24,000 nt of DNA, taken from contig NZ_CACZTX010000009.1 of assembly GCF_902784195.1 (NCBI RefSeq), positions 247,584 through 271,583 on the forward strand, read 5' to 3'. Position numbers and translations under genes: made by a program. Numbering within the stretch: the stretch's first letter is position 1; each line of letters opens with the position of its first letter. Positions 7,830 through 15,749 of this stretch are shown in pieces. The notes beneath the pieces are model-generated. The model was not told the origin of the DNA. It did not search any database and saw only the letters and a list, made by a program, of their open reading frames with translations. Source of the DNA: an uncultured Methanobrevibacter sp. (GTDB lineage: Archaea; Methanobacteriota; Methanobacteria; Methanobacteriales; Methanobacteriaceae).

Positions 7830-8900
7830 TTGAGTATTTTCGGAAATGAAGACGCTATTGAAATTGAACCAACAAGAGTTGTGAAAAATAGTTTAGGTAT
7901 TGACTTAGGTACCTTAAACACAGTAATTGCAAAACCATCAGGAGACAAATTTGACTTATACCAAATTCCTTCTGTAGTTGCTGTAAAAAAAGATGACCCT
8001 TCCGCAGTACTTGCTGTTGGAGAAGAAGCTAAAAAAATGTTAGGCAGAACTCCAGAGGACATTGTTGCAGTAAGACCACTTAAAAAAGGAGTAATCGAAA
8101 ACGTTGCACAAGCACAAGCATTACTCATTAGAGCTATGGAAATTGGTATTAACGAAGGAGAAACCGTGGGAAGAATTGTTATTGGAATTCCTGGAGACGC
8201 TTCTGAAGTAGAAAAAAATGCTGCTGAAGAAATAGGTAGAAAAGCTGGTGCTGAATACGTTTTAGTAGTCAGTGAAGGTTTAGCTGCAGCTATTGGTGCA
8301 GGATTGCCTATCGCAGAACCAAATGGAACCATGGTAATTGACATTGGTGCAGGATCTACTGATTTGGTGGTTATTTCCCTTGGTGGAATCAACGATATCG
8401 AAACCGTAAGAGTAGGTGGAGACGACATTGATAATAGAATCGTGGAATTGGTTGCAGAAAAATACAATGTTGCAATTAGCATTCACGATGCGGAAGCTGC
8501 AAAAATGGAAATTGGAATGATTCATTGCAGCGAAGAATTTGAAAACTTAAGTTATGAAGTTATTGGTAAATCCTTAGAAACTAACAGACCTAAAAAAGTT
8601 GTTATTGACTCAATGTTAGTTGCAGATGCAGTAGAACCAATCATCCAAGCAGTTGTTGGCGGATTAAACATTATCCTAGAAAGATTACCTGCAGAATTGA
8701 TGATGGGAGTTTACAAAAATACTGTAGCAGTAGGAGGAAGTTCCAGATTAAGAGGTCTTAAAGAAAGAATTTATGATGAATCCGACATCCCAATTCAAAT
8801 TTCTGATGACCCTATGACCGTAGTTGCAAAAGGAACTGCAATCGTAGCTGCTGAACCATTAGCTTTAGAACCGGAAGTACGTTTAAAAGCTATGAAATAA
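7830..8900 (+). CDS. mreB: MreB (actin-family rod-shape / cytoskeletal ATPase)
   Basis: The protein is collinear with bacterial MreB. Matching segments include LGIDLGTLNTVIA, AVGEEAKKMLGRTPEDIVAVRPLKKGVI, EGLAAAIGAGLPIAEPNGTMVIDIGAGSTDLVVISLGG and VGGSSRLRGL. The TTG start at 7830 has GGAGG (7818-7822) 7 nt upstream. Confidence 0.9.
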   Translation: MSIFGNEDAIEIEPTRVVKNSLGIDLGTLNTVIAKPSGDKFDLYQIPSVVAVKKDDPSAVLAVGEEAKKMLGRTPEDIVAVRPLKKGVIENVAQAQALLIRAMEIGINEGETVGRIVIGIPGDASEVEKNAAEEIGRKAGAEYVLVVSEGLAAAIGAGLPIAEPNGTMVIDIGAGSTDLVVISLGGINDIETVRVGGDDIDNRIVELVAEKYNVAISIHDAEAAKMEIGMIHCSEEFENLSYEVIGKSLETNRPKKVVIDSMLVADAVEPIIQAVVGGLNIILERLPAELMMGVYKNTVAVGGSSRLRGLKERIYDESDIPIQISDDPMTVVAKGTAIVAAEPLALEPEVRLKAMK

Positions 8901-8939
8901 ATTTAAACAATTTCAAGCGTTATTAATACGTATAATACT

Positions 8940-8974
8940 ATGGATTGTCTTTACAATCCATAATATTCCTTTTA
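8940..8974 (+). terminator. Perfect 10-bp stem-loop followed by a T-rich tract, downstream of mreB
   Basis: The stem is tatggattgt, the loop cttt, and the second arm acaatccata (8940-8963). It is followed by atattcctttt. Confidence 0.4.
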
Positions 8975-9117
8975 ACACCAAAAACCAACACCATCAAAAT
9001 TACTTCTTTTAAACTTTAAAATCTTATTTTATAAAAATTAATAAAACTGATATGTAACTATTTAATGAAAACTAAATAAAACTAAACTATTTAAATAATA
9101 AAACTGGATTTAATAAT

Positions 9118-9777
9118 ATGGATACACTAGGATTAGATGAAGCTGGAAGAGGCCCTGTTTTAGGCCCTATGGTTATGGCCGGTATTGTAATACCTGAGAA
9201 AAAAGAAAAGATCATTGAAAGAATGGGCGTGAAAGATTCTAAAAGATTAACTCCTAACAGAAGAGCTGTCCTATATCGTAAGTTAACTAAAATGTTCGAT
9301 TATGAAACAGTGGTAATTACTGCAAAGGATATTGACACTTTAAGAGCAAAAGGAATTAATCTTAATCAAATAGAAAAACTAGCTATGAAAAAAATCATAA
9401 ATACTCTTCGAGCAGATAGAATCATCATAGATGCTTTGGATGTTAAGGAAGGAAGACTTCAGGAGGAGATGGAAGAATATGTAGGCCATAGCTGTGAGGT
9501 CATTGCGGAACATAAGGCAGATGATAACTATCTTGCGGTTGGAGCAGCTTCAATCATTGCAAAAGCAAAAAGGGACATGATTATTGAAGAAATTAATAAG
9601 CAGTACATCAGATCCACCAAGGACAGAGATGGAATCGGTTCAGGTTATCCAAGCGATCCAAAAACCAAAAACTTCTTGAAGAAATTTAAATATGATGAAA
9701 TGCCAGATTTCGTTAGAAGAAGTTGGGGAACAGTCCAGAAAATTAAAGAAGCCGAAGAGGCTGAAAAATTAGAATAA
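9118..9777 (+). CDS. rnhB: Ribonuclease HII
   Basis: The N-terminal catalytic motif GLDEAGRGPVLGPMVMAG is present, together with the later DSKRLTP and ASIIAKAKRD motifs. The 219-aa length is typical. Confidence 0.9.
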   Translation: MDTLGLDEAGRGPVLGPMVMAGIVIPEKKEKIIERMGVKDSKRLTPNRRAVLYRKLTKMFDYETVVITAKDIDTLRAKGINLNQIEKLAMKKIINTLRADRIIIDALDVKEGRLQEEMEEYVGHSCEVIAEHKADDNYLAVGAASIIAKAKRDMIIEEINKQYIRSTKDRDGIGSGYPSDPKTKNFLKKFKYDEMPDFVRRSWGTVQKIKEAEEAEKLE

Positions 9778-9825
9778 GTTAAACTAAAATTTTTCAATGC
9801 AAAAAATAAAAAAAATAAAAAAAAT

Positions 9826-9886
9826 CCAATTTACCTAAATAAATTGGAAAGAATTTTGGTCAAGGTTTTTAGCCGAAGGCTAAAAA
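9826..9886. terminator. Two hairpins between the convergent rnhB and purO genes, flanked by A/T runs (bidirectional terminator candidate)
   Basis: Hairpin 1 is ccaattta-cctaaa-taaattgg (9826-9847). Hairpin 2 is tttttagcc-gaa-ggctaaaaa (9866-9886). The long A-run at 9796-9825 reads as a T-run on the purO strand. Confidence 0.45.
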
Positions 9887-9896
9887 GCTTGGGGAT

Positions 9897-10520
9897 TTAA
9901 TCTGGATTGAAACCAGCAATTTTCCATTTTCCATCAAATATTGCTGCAACTGAAGAGACAGGATTTTCAAATTCAGCAAATGCACCTTCGTCGAAAATAA
10001 ACTTACATGCATCATCAGGAGTTTCTGCAGCAAAAACAACATCTTCCGGTGTGTTTTTCTCATATGTGGAAATGAATTGAGCTTTACCATCTTCTATTTT
10101 TTCAACTAATACTTTACTGTCAGTTACAATACCAATATAAGCTTCAAAATCATCTTCGTTTCCTTTAACTACTGCAGCAATTCTTGGAGTGTTATAATCA
10201 TCCTTTTCATAATCTAATGTGATTAATGAATATGCCATTGCATCCCTGATATTCATTCCAATAGCTATCTTATCTGCAATAGGATTGGTTTGAGAACCGT
10301 TTGAAATAATTGCAATGTCACCTACAGTCTTTACACAATCATAAGCAATGTAAGAGTTTTTGAAAATATCTGTTTCAAACCCTTCCTTTGGAATGATGGC
10401 TGCTTCATCTTCAAGAACTTTTACTTGTCTGTTTGGAAAAGACCTGCTTGAAACTCTATAAGCAACATATGGTTTTCCATCTTCTGTTTTTCCTGCTGAA
10501 ATAATTCTGCCTAAATACAT
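9897..10520 (-). CDS. purO: Archaeal IMP cyclohydrolase
   Basis: [31 protein letters not shown] matches the PurO (MJ0626 / MTH1020) N-terminus. The protein is ~200 aa. GGGGT SD lies upstream. Confidence 0.85.
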   Translation of the reverse strand: MYLGRIISAGKTEDGKPYVAYRVSSRSFPNRQVKVLEDEAAIIPKEGFETDIFKNSYIAYDCVKTVGDIAIISNGSQTNPIADKIAIGMNIRDAMAYSLITLDYEKDDYNTPRIAAVVKGNEDDFEAYIGIVTDSKVLVEKIEDGKAQFISTYEKNTPEDVVFAAETPDDACKFIFDEGAFAEFENPVSSVAAIFDGKWKIAGFNPD

Positions 10521-10713
10521 TGTTTTACCCCAAATTAATTATAATATACAAAATCCAATAATTAAAAAATTTAGAAATTCTAAAATTAAAGAAATTTTAA
10601 AATTAAAAAAATTTTACTATTAAAAAATTAAAAAATAAAAAAATCATATTTTAAAAAAGCATTAAAATATGAAAAATTTGAAAATATTAAAAAAATTAAA
10701 ATAAACTTTAAAA

Positions 10714-11121
10714 TCACTCTGGCATATGAACTGCCTCTTGAGGAGTCATTCCAGAAGGTGCTTGAATATATATTGCATGTTCACTCGTTTTAATCTGAAC
10801 ATCACCCTCATCCAGCACTCTTGCATGAACACCGACAGCATTTCCTCTTATCTCAGAAGACATATCTACACCATTTACAACAACTTTCTGAAGTCCTGCA
10901 ACAGGCAGCAAATAATACTCTGCATCTCCAGTAGTGTCAGTCATATTTGGCTTTCCAGTGCCTGTGCCAGTGTCATCACCAGTAACAGATGCAGCACCGA
11001 AAGTACTGGTCACTACTAAAAAGATAAGTAAAGTAAATAAAATGTCAATAAAAGGAACCAACTTGATTTCAGGCTCATCCCTACTCATCTTCTCCTTATG
11101 ACGCTTAATGTCAATTGCCAA
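10714..11121 (-). CDS. exbD: ExbD/TolR-family protein (stator plug subunit)
   Basis: There is a single N-terminal TM with the family signature PEIKLVPFIDILFTLLIFLVVTS, followed by a TGTGTG linker and a ~85-aa external domain. The TTG start at 11121 has AAGGGG 8 nt upstream. The gene starts 16 nt after the exbB stop. Confidence 0.75.
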   Translation of the reverse strand: MAIDIKRHKEKMSRDEPEIKLVPFIDILFTLLIFLVVTSTFGAASVTGDDTGTGTGKPNMTDTTGDAEYYLLPVAGLQKVVVNGVDMSSEIRGNAVGVHARVLDEGDVQIKTSEHAIYIQAPSGMTPQEAVHMPE

Positions 11122-11137
11122 TTTAACAGCCCCTTGA

Positions 11138-11977
11138 TTATTGTCTTAATTTACTTTCAGTAATTTCAGATTTTACATCACATTTTTCCAATATGATATT
11201 ACTTATACTCTTTTCAAGCATACTTGGCTTAAATGAAATTTGAATATTTGAATATGGATCAGAGATTTCCTTTACGCTAACAATACCTTCTGCTTCTTGA
11301 AGTGCTTCAATTACACAAGGCAACTTTTCATAAACTCTGATTTTAATTACAGCATAACTCCAATTAGTCATTTTAGTAGCTAATTCAATTTTATCCATTT
11401 CTGCATCAATTAAACCTTTGATATAAGTATATAATGGCATAAGAACAATAGCTACAGTTAAACCTGCAATAGTGGTAATAAGAGCAATGTAAATACCCTC
11501 TGCCATAGCTGCAGCATCAGGATTTACACCTAAATTCTTAAAGGTCATCCAAATACCTAATACAGTACCAATCAATCCTAAGAAAGGAGCAAGCTCAATA
11601 ATAGTTTTTAATGCACTAATACCATTGGTCATTTTTGAGAGCTCCACAATGAAGATTTGCTCCATACTTTCTTCCACTTCTATCTTATTCTTATAACCAA
11701 TTTTCAATGCTTCAGACATGATTCTTGAAACAGGGTTTTTATAGTGACTGATATTTTTTAAAGCTTCAATAGCTCCACCTTGTTCCATAGATGAGGTAAT
11801 AGTCCCCATAATCTCTGTAGCATCGATTTTACTTATTTTTCTAAGGTAAAATATCTTTCTTATAGATATTAACAGACCATAGATACCAAGCAAAAGAATT
11901 ATATAAGTGATAACTCCCCCACTTTGGAGCATCTCCATAATCATGTCAAATCCATTAATAAGACTTTCTATAATCAT
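11138..11977 (-). CDS. exbB: MotA/TolQ/ExbB-family proton channel with an extra ~75-aa soluble C-terminal domain
   Basis: The 3-TM layout includes ELAPFLGLIGTVLGIWMTF and AEGIYIALITTIAGLTVAIVLMPLY. The tail, residues ~206-279, is encoded at 11141-11362. GAGGA SD lies upstream of the ATG at 11977. Confidence 0.8.
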   Translation of the reverse strand: MIIESLINGFDMIMEMLQSGGVITYIILLLGIYGLLISIRKIFYLRKISKIDATEIMGTITSSMEQGGAIEALKNISHYKNPVSRIMSEALKIGYKNKIEVEESMEQIFIVELSKMTNGISALKTIIELAPFLGLIGTVLGIWMTFKNLGVNPDAAAMAEGIYIALITTIAGLTVAIVLMPLYTYIKGLIDAEMDKIELATKMTNWSYAVIKIRVYEKLPCVIEALQEAEGIVSVKEISDPYSNIQISFKPSMLEKSISNIILEKCDVKSEITESKLRQ

Positions 11978-12078
11978 AATATCCTCTAAAGAATTAATTA
12001 ATAATTAAATAATCTAATAAATTAATAATAAAACTGATTATTAATCATACTAATAATAAATTTATTATTTTTAATATA

Positions 12079-12136
12079 AAAGCATATTGTTAATTTTTAA
12101 AAAAAAATAAAGCATAATTGTTAATTTTTAAAAAAA
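12079..12136. repeat. Imperfect ~29-bp direct tandem repeat (2 copies) in the exbB/cofE divergent intergenic region
   Basis: The copies are aaagcatattgttaatttttaaaaaaa and aaagcataattgttaatttttaaaaaaa, which differ by one inserted a. Confidence 0.7.
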
Positions 12137-12201
12137 TTTCCAATAAATAACAAATTTTAGTGAATAATTACAAATTTCTCTAAATAAAAATTTCTGAAAT
12201 A

Positions 12202-12239
12202 ATAATTTCTGTGAATAACAATAATTTCTGTGAATAACA
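12202..12239. promoter_or_regulatory. Perfect 19-bp tandem repeat (2 copies) directly upstream of the cofE TATA box; part of a 4-fold AATTTCTnnnAATAA array starting near 12173
   Basis: ataatttctgtgaataaca occurs at 12202-12220 and again at 12221-12239. Related half-units are aatttctctaaataa (12173) and aatttctgaaataa (12189). Confidence 0.6.
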
Positions 12240-12245
12240 ATAGTT

Positions 12246-12253
12246 TTTTATAT
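12246..12253 (+). promoter_or_regulatory. Candidate TATA box for cofE; the spacing implies a leaderless mRNA
   Basis: TTTTATAT is centred about 26 nt upstream of the cofE ATG (12276). No SD-like sequence lies in between. Confidence 0.4.
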
Positions 12254-12275
12254 TTTATTAGTATAACATTTAAAT

Positions 12276-13040
12276 ATGACTTTAAAATTATATGGATTAA
12301 AAGAAATTCCTTTAGTTAAAAAAGGAGATAATATAGCTGAGATAATTGAAGAGGATTTAGAAAAGGAAAATATTGCTCTTGAAGATGGAGATATTTTGCT
12401 TATTGCAGAAACATTGATTTCCAAAGCTGAAGGCAACTACATAAAAATTGATGAACTTGAGCCAAGCGAGGAAACAATTAAAATCGCAGAACAATGCAAA
12501 AAAGATCCGAAACTTGTAGAAGCTATTTTGCAGGAATCAAATGAAATCGTTGCAGTTGGACCTAATTTCATTGTAACCGAGACCAAACATGGATTCGTCT
12601 GTGCAAACTCTGGAATTGATGAATCCAATGTGGAAGAGGGATTAGCAACTCCAATGCCTAAGAATCCTGACCAATCTGCAAAGGAAATAAGAGAATACTT
12701 AGAAGAAAAAACTGAAAAGGAAATTGCAGTAATCATTACTGACACTCAAGGAAGAGCATTTAGAGTAGGTGCAATTGGAACAGCTATTGGCTGCTCAGGA
12801 ATCAATCCTCTTTGGGTAAGAATCGGCGAGGAAGACTTGTTCGGCAGAGCTCTTGAAACAACTGAAGTTGCTACTGCAGATGAGCTTGCAGCAGCTGCAT
12901 CCTTATTGATGGGACAAGCAAACGAAGGAATTCCTATCGTATTGATTAGAGGATTTGATGCATTTAACCACCTTAGAGACACAGAAACTGGAATCAAACC
13001 ATTGCTTAGACCTAAAGAGTTTGATGTATTTAGAAAATAG
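12276..13040 (+). CDS. cofE: Coenzyme F420-0:L-glutamate ligase
   Basis: 254 aa. GDILLIAETLISKAEG, FVCANSGIDESN and ITDTQGRAFRVGAIGTAIG match the CofE family pattern. cofD lies nearby. Confidence 0.85.
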   Translation: MTLKLYGLKEIPLVKKGDNIAEIIEEDLEKENIALEDGDILLIAETLISKAEGNYIKIDELEPSEETIKIAEQCKKDPKLVEAILQESNEIVAVGPNFIVTETKHGFVCANSGIDESNVEEGLATPMPKNPDQSAKEIREYLEEKTEKEIAVIITDTQGRAFRVGAIGTAIGCSGINPLWVRIGEEDLFGRALETTEVATADELAAAASLLMGQANEGIPIVLIRGFDAFNHLRDTETGIKPLLRPKEFDVFRK

Positions 13041-13097
13041 ATAACAAACAATAACAGTTTATAACAAAACGATTTTTTTTCTTTTTGAGTGTATAAT

Positions 13098-13613
13098 ATG
13101 GTTGAAATTAATTTCAAATGTGAAAGCTGTGATTTTTCATTTTTAGATAAGAACCTAATATTCTATTTAGATACTAATTTAGAAGATCTTGAATCCATTT
13201 TAAATTTCTATTCTAAAGACAAGAAAGAGGATAGCAATCATTTAGAACTTATTGAAGATATTCACAATAAGGAAAATTCAGACAAGATGACTAAATCTTT
13301 AATTTCAGGATTCCTTTATGAAAACTACTGTCCAAATTGCAATGAATTAATTAAGACCTACGTTCCTGAAGACAATGAGCTATTCACTCAAGAAGAGATT
13401 GAAAAAATATTGACTAAAGAAATTTCTAAAAATCTCGATAATGATAAAACATTTAAAATACTATTTTTTGATTTTAAGAAAACATTTTACAAAGATAGGA
13501 GAAACATTCTTGAAAATAACGATTGCCCTAATTGCAATAGTGAAATGTCTTTAGTAATTTCTGAAAAAACTCCATGCCCTAAATGTGGAGGTCCATTAAA
13601 AGAAGAATTTTAA
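13098..13613 (+). CDS. Hypothetical protein with two split zinc ribbons (4 x CxxC)
   Basis: The Cys pairs are CESC near the N-terminus, CPNC mid-protein, and CPNC plus CPKC near the C-terminus. I prefer the ATG at 13098 (GAGTG 6 nt upstream) over the track's GTG at 13089. An oligo-T run (13071-13086) lies just upstream. Confidence 0.5.
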   Translation: MVEINFKCESCDFSFLDKNLIFYLDTNLEDLESILNFYSKDKKEDSNHLELIEDIHNKENSDKMTKSLISGFLYENYCPNCNELIKTYVPEDNELFTQEEIEKILTKEISKNLDNDKTFKILFFDFKKTFYKDRRNILENNDCPNCNSEMSLVISEKTPCPKCGGPLKEEF

Positions 13614-13725
13614 AGTTAAAATTTTAAAAAAAACGTCATTTGTTAAATTTACGAGTGAAATAATCTAATTATTATTAAAATAATAAACAAATCATATCAC
13701 AATAAAAATAAAAAGAGTGGAAATC

Positions 13726-14628
13726 ATGATAACTGTTTTTTCTGGAGGCACTGGAACTCCAAAATTAATTCAAGGAATAAAGGAAATTTACCCTGAAGAA
13801 GAGATCACTGTCGTAGTAAATACTGTGGAAAATTTATATATGTCCAGAGGTTATATTGCAGCGGATATTGATACAGTGATGTATACTTTTGCAGATATGA
13901 TTGATGAGGAATTTTGGTATGGAATTAAAGGGGATACCTACATAGTTAGAGAACAGCTAATTGAAATGGGAACTACTGAATTGCTCAGATTAGGAGATAA
14001 GGACAGGGCAACCAAACTTCAAAAAGCCATTTTGCTTGAGGAAGGTTGGACCTTATCAGATATTGTCGAACTTCAAAAGGACAAATTAGGCATTAAGGCA
14101 AGCATAATTCCAATGAGTGATGAAGAATCTGAAATAAGCATTGTAACTAAAGAGCATGGTGAAATAGAATTCCATGACTTTTTGATCAAATATCAATGCA
14201 ACTGTGAAGTAATTGAAGTGAAATATGCTCATGTGAGCCCTAGTCCAAAACTTATTGAAGCAATAGAAAAATGTGATAAAGTAATCTTTGGACCATCAAA
14301 TCCAATCACTTCAATAAGACCTATCATTTCAATAGATGGTGTTGAAGATGCCCTTAAGGAGAAAGAGGTTATCGCGGTTTCTCCATTTGTAGGCAGATCT
14401 GCATTTAGCGGCCCTGCTGGACAATTCATGAATGCATTCGGTTATGAAACTTCCTCCAAAGGAGTCGCAGAACTTTACAAATCATTCCTTAATACATTGG
14501 TGATTGACAATCAAGACGAAGAGTTTAAAGAGGAAATTGAAGAAATCGTTCCAAATGTCATCATAACCAACACTTTTATGAAGACAATTGAGGATAAAAT
14601 CAATCTGGCTAAAGTGGTTTTGGAATAA
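13726..14628 (+). CDS. cofD: 2-phospho-L-lactate (LPPG:FO) transferase
   Basis: MITVFSGGTGTPKLIQG and the later GPSNPITSI motifs are CofD signatures. I prefer the ATG at 13726 over the GTG at 13717. Confidence 0.85.
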   Translation: MITVFSGGTGTPKLIQGIKEIYPEEEITVVVNTVENLYMSRGYIAADIDTVMYTFADMIDEEFWYGIKGDTYIVREQLIEMGTTELLRLGDKDRATKLQKAILLEEGWTLSDIVELQKDKLGIKASIIPMSDEESEISIVTKEHGEIEFHDFLIKYQCNCEVIEVKYAHVSPSPKLIEAIEKCDKVIFGPSNPITSIRPIISIDGVEDALKEKEVIAVSPFVGRSAFSGPAGQFMNAFGYETSSKGVAELYKSFLNTLVIDNQDEEFKEEIEEIVPNVIITNTFMKTIEDKINLAKVVLE

Positions 14629-14834
14629 AAAATTTTTTAAAATTGTCTAAAAATTGTTTTAAAATTGTTTAGAAATTTTTAAAATTATTTAAAATTATTA
14701 AAAATTATTAGTTAATAAAAAATTAAAAAAAATTATTAAAAATAAAAGATTTTTAAAAAAATTACTAATTAAATGCTTAAAGTTTAAATACTAATTTAGT
14801 TATAACTAAATATATTACTATTAGGTGAAAATAT

Positions 14835-15596
14835 ATGATACAAATGACTTTGATACAAATCGATAATTATGGTCCATGGACAGTTACTCCAAGACCACGT
14901 ACAGAATCTGACCTTCAAATTTTACAAGCAGAACTTTTTGCAGATGTGCAAAGACAAATAGCTGCTAAAAAAGGTTTAGTGTTCTTTACAAGATTTGATA
15001 ATTTACTTGCAGTCACAAACGGTCTTAATGAAGAAGACCACATGAGAATTCAAAGATCTATTAGAAACAGATACCCAATTACAATCAGTATGGGTGTTGG
15101 AGCAGCAGAAACTGCACACGAAGCTCAAAGATTAGCAACCATTGCACTTCAAAAAGAAGGTGGAGCACAATCTTCAGGAAGAAAAGAAATCTTAGCAATA
15201 AACAATTTAATTGAAAACCCAGAAGACAGTTTCGTACAAGCTGCACATATTGACATCAACAGTGTAACTGAAACCTTAACTGATATTGAATCTGCTTTTG
15301 ATACAAGCTTTATGGTAAACAAAGCACAACATTACTTAATGACTAAACTTAGAGAAAAAGGCGCATTATTATTCTTCATTGGTGGAGACAACTTTATGTC
15401 CCCATGTAATGGATTAAGTGAAGATGACCTCACCCAAATTCTCAAAGAGATTGATGAAGAAATTGGAATCGGCCTAAAAGCAGGTATCGGTAGAGCAGAC
15501 AACATGGAAGATGCAGCATATATGGCAGACATCGGACTTGAAATAATTCGTGCAGGAAATAATAAAGATTGGATTCATGTAATAGAAGAACTTTAA
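14835..15596 (+). CDS. gch3: GTP cyclohydrolase III (archaeal, riboflavin/FO precursor pathway)
   Basis: [31 protein letters not shown] closely matches the MJ0145-type N-terminus as I remember it. GGTGA SD lies 7 nt upstream. Confidence 0.85.
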   Translation: MIQMTLIQIDNYGPWTVTPRPRTESDLQILQAELFADVQRQIAAKKGLVFFTRFDNLLAVTNGLNEEDHMRIQRSIRNRYPITISMGVGAAETAHEAQRLATIALQKEGGAQSSGRKEILAINNLIENPEDSFVQAAHIDINSVTETLTDIESAFDTSFMVNKAQHYLMTKLREKGALLFFIGGDNFMSPCNGLSEDDLTQILKEIDEEIGIGLKAGIGRADNMEDAAYMADIGLEIIRAGNNKDWIHVIEEL

Positions 15597-15749
15597 ATAA
15601 ATCTTATTTTCACTTAATTAACTTTTCTTTTTATTTCCATTTTTTATTTTATTATACTTTTTTAAACTATTTTTATAGAATGATACAATTTTAGAATAAT
15701 TGCAATTATCAAAACTTAAGGAAGTGTTAACATTAAAGTACTTGCACCT

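Noticed and set aside
7799-8482. A 227-aa ORF antisense to mreB, plus an 81-aa ORF at 8280-8525
   Set aside because: It is a shadow ORF. mreB is rich in GCN/GGN codons, whose complement lacks stop codons. The product is low-complexity (Ser/Pro/Thr/Ile) with no motif, no SD and no independent start context.
10714-11977. Interpreting the MotA/ExbB-like pair as a Zorya-type anti-phage defence system
   Set aside because: The sizes (279 and 135 aa) and motifs fit ExbB/ExbD rather than the much larger ZorA with its long tail and ZorB with a PG-binding domain. No ZorC/D-like nuclease or helicase genes, or other defence genes, flank the pair. The surrounding genes are housekeeping.
12437-13117. Two consecutive antisense ORFs (102 and 123 aa) opposite cofE, and a 62-aa one at 12248-12436
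   Set aside because: They are shadow ORFs of the cofE frame. cofE is clearly the real gene on conserved motifs.
14629-14834. Reiterated aaaattgt(c/t)t / aaaattatt strings after cofD, considered as a possible CRISPR array or satellite
   Set aside because: The units are ~10-12 bp, contiguous, degenerate and have no unique spacers. This is AT-rich low-complexity terminator/promoter spacer, not a CRISPR array.
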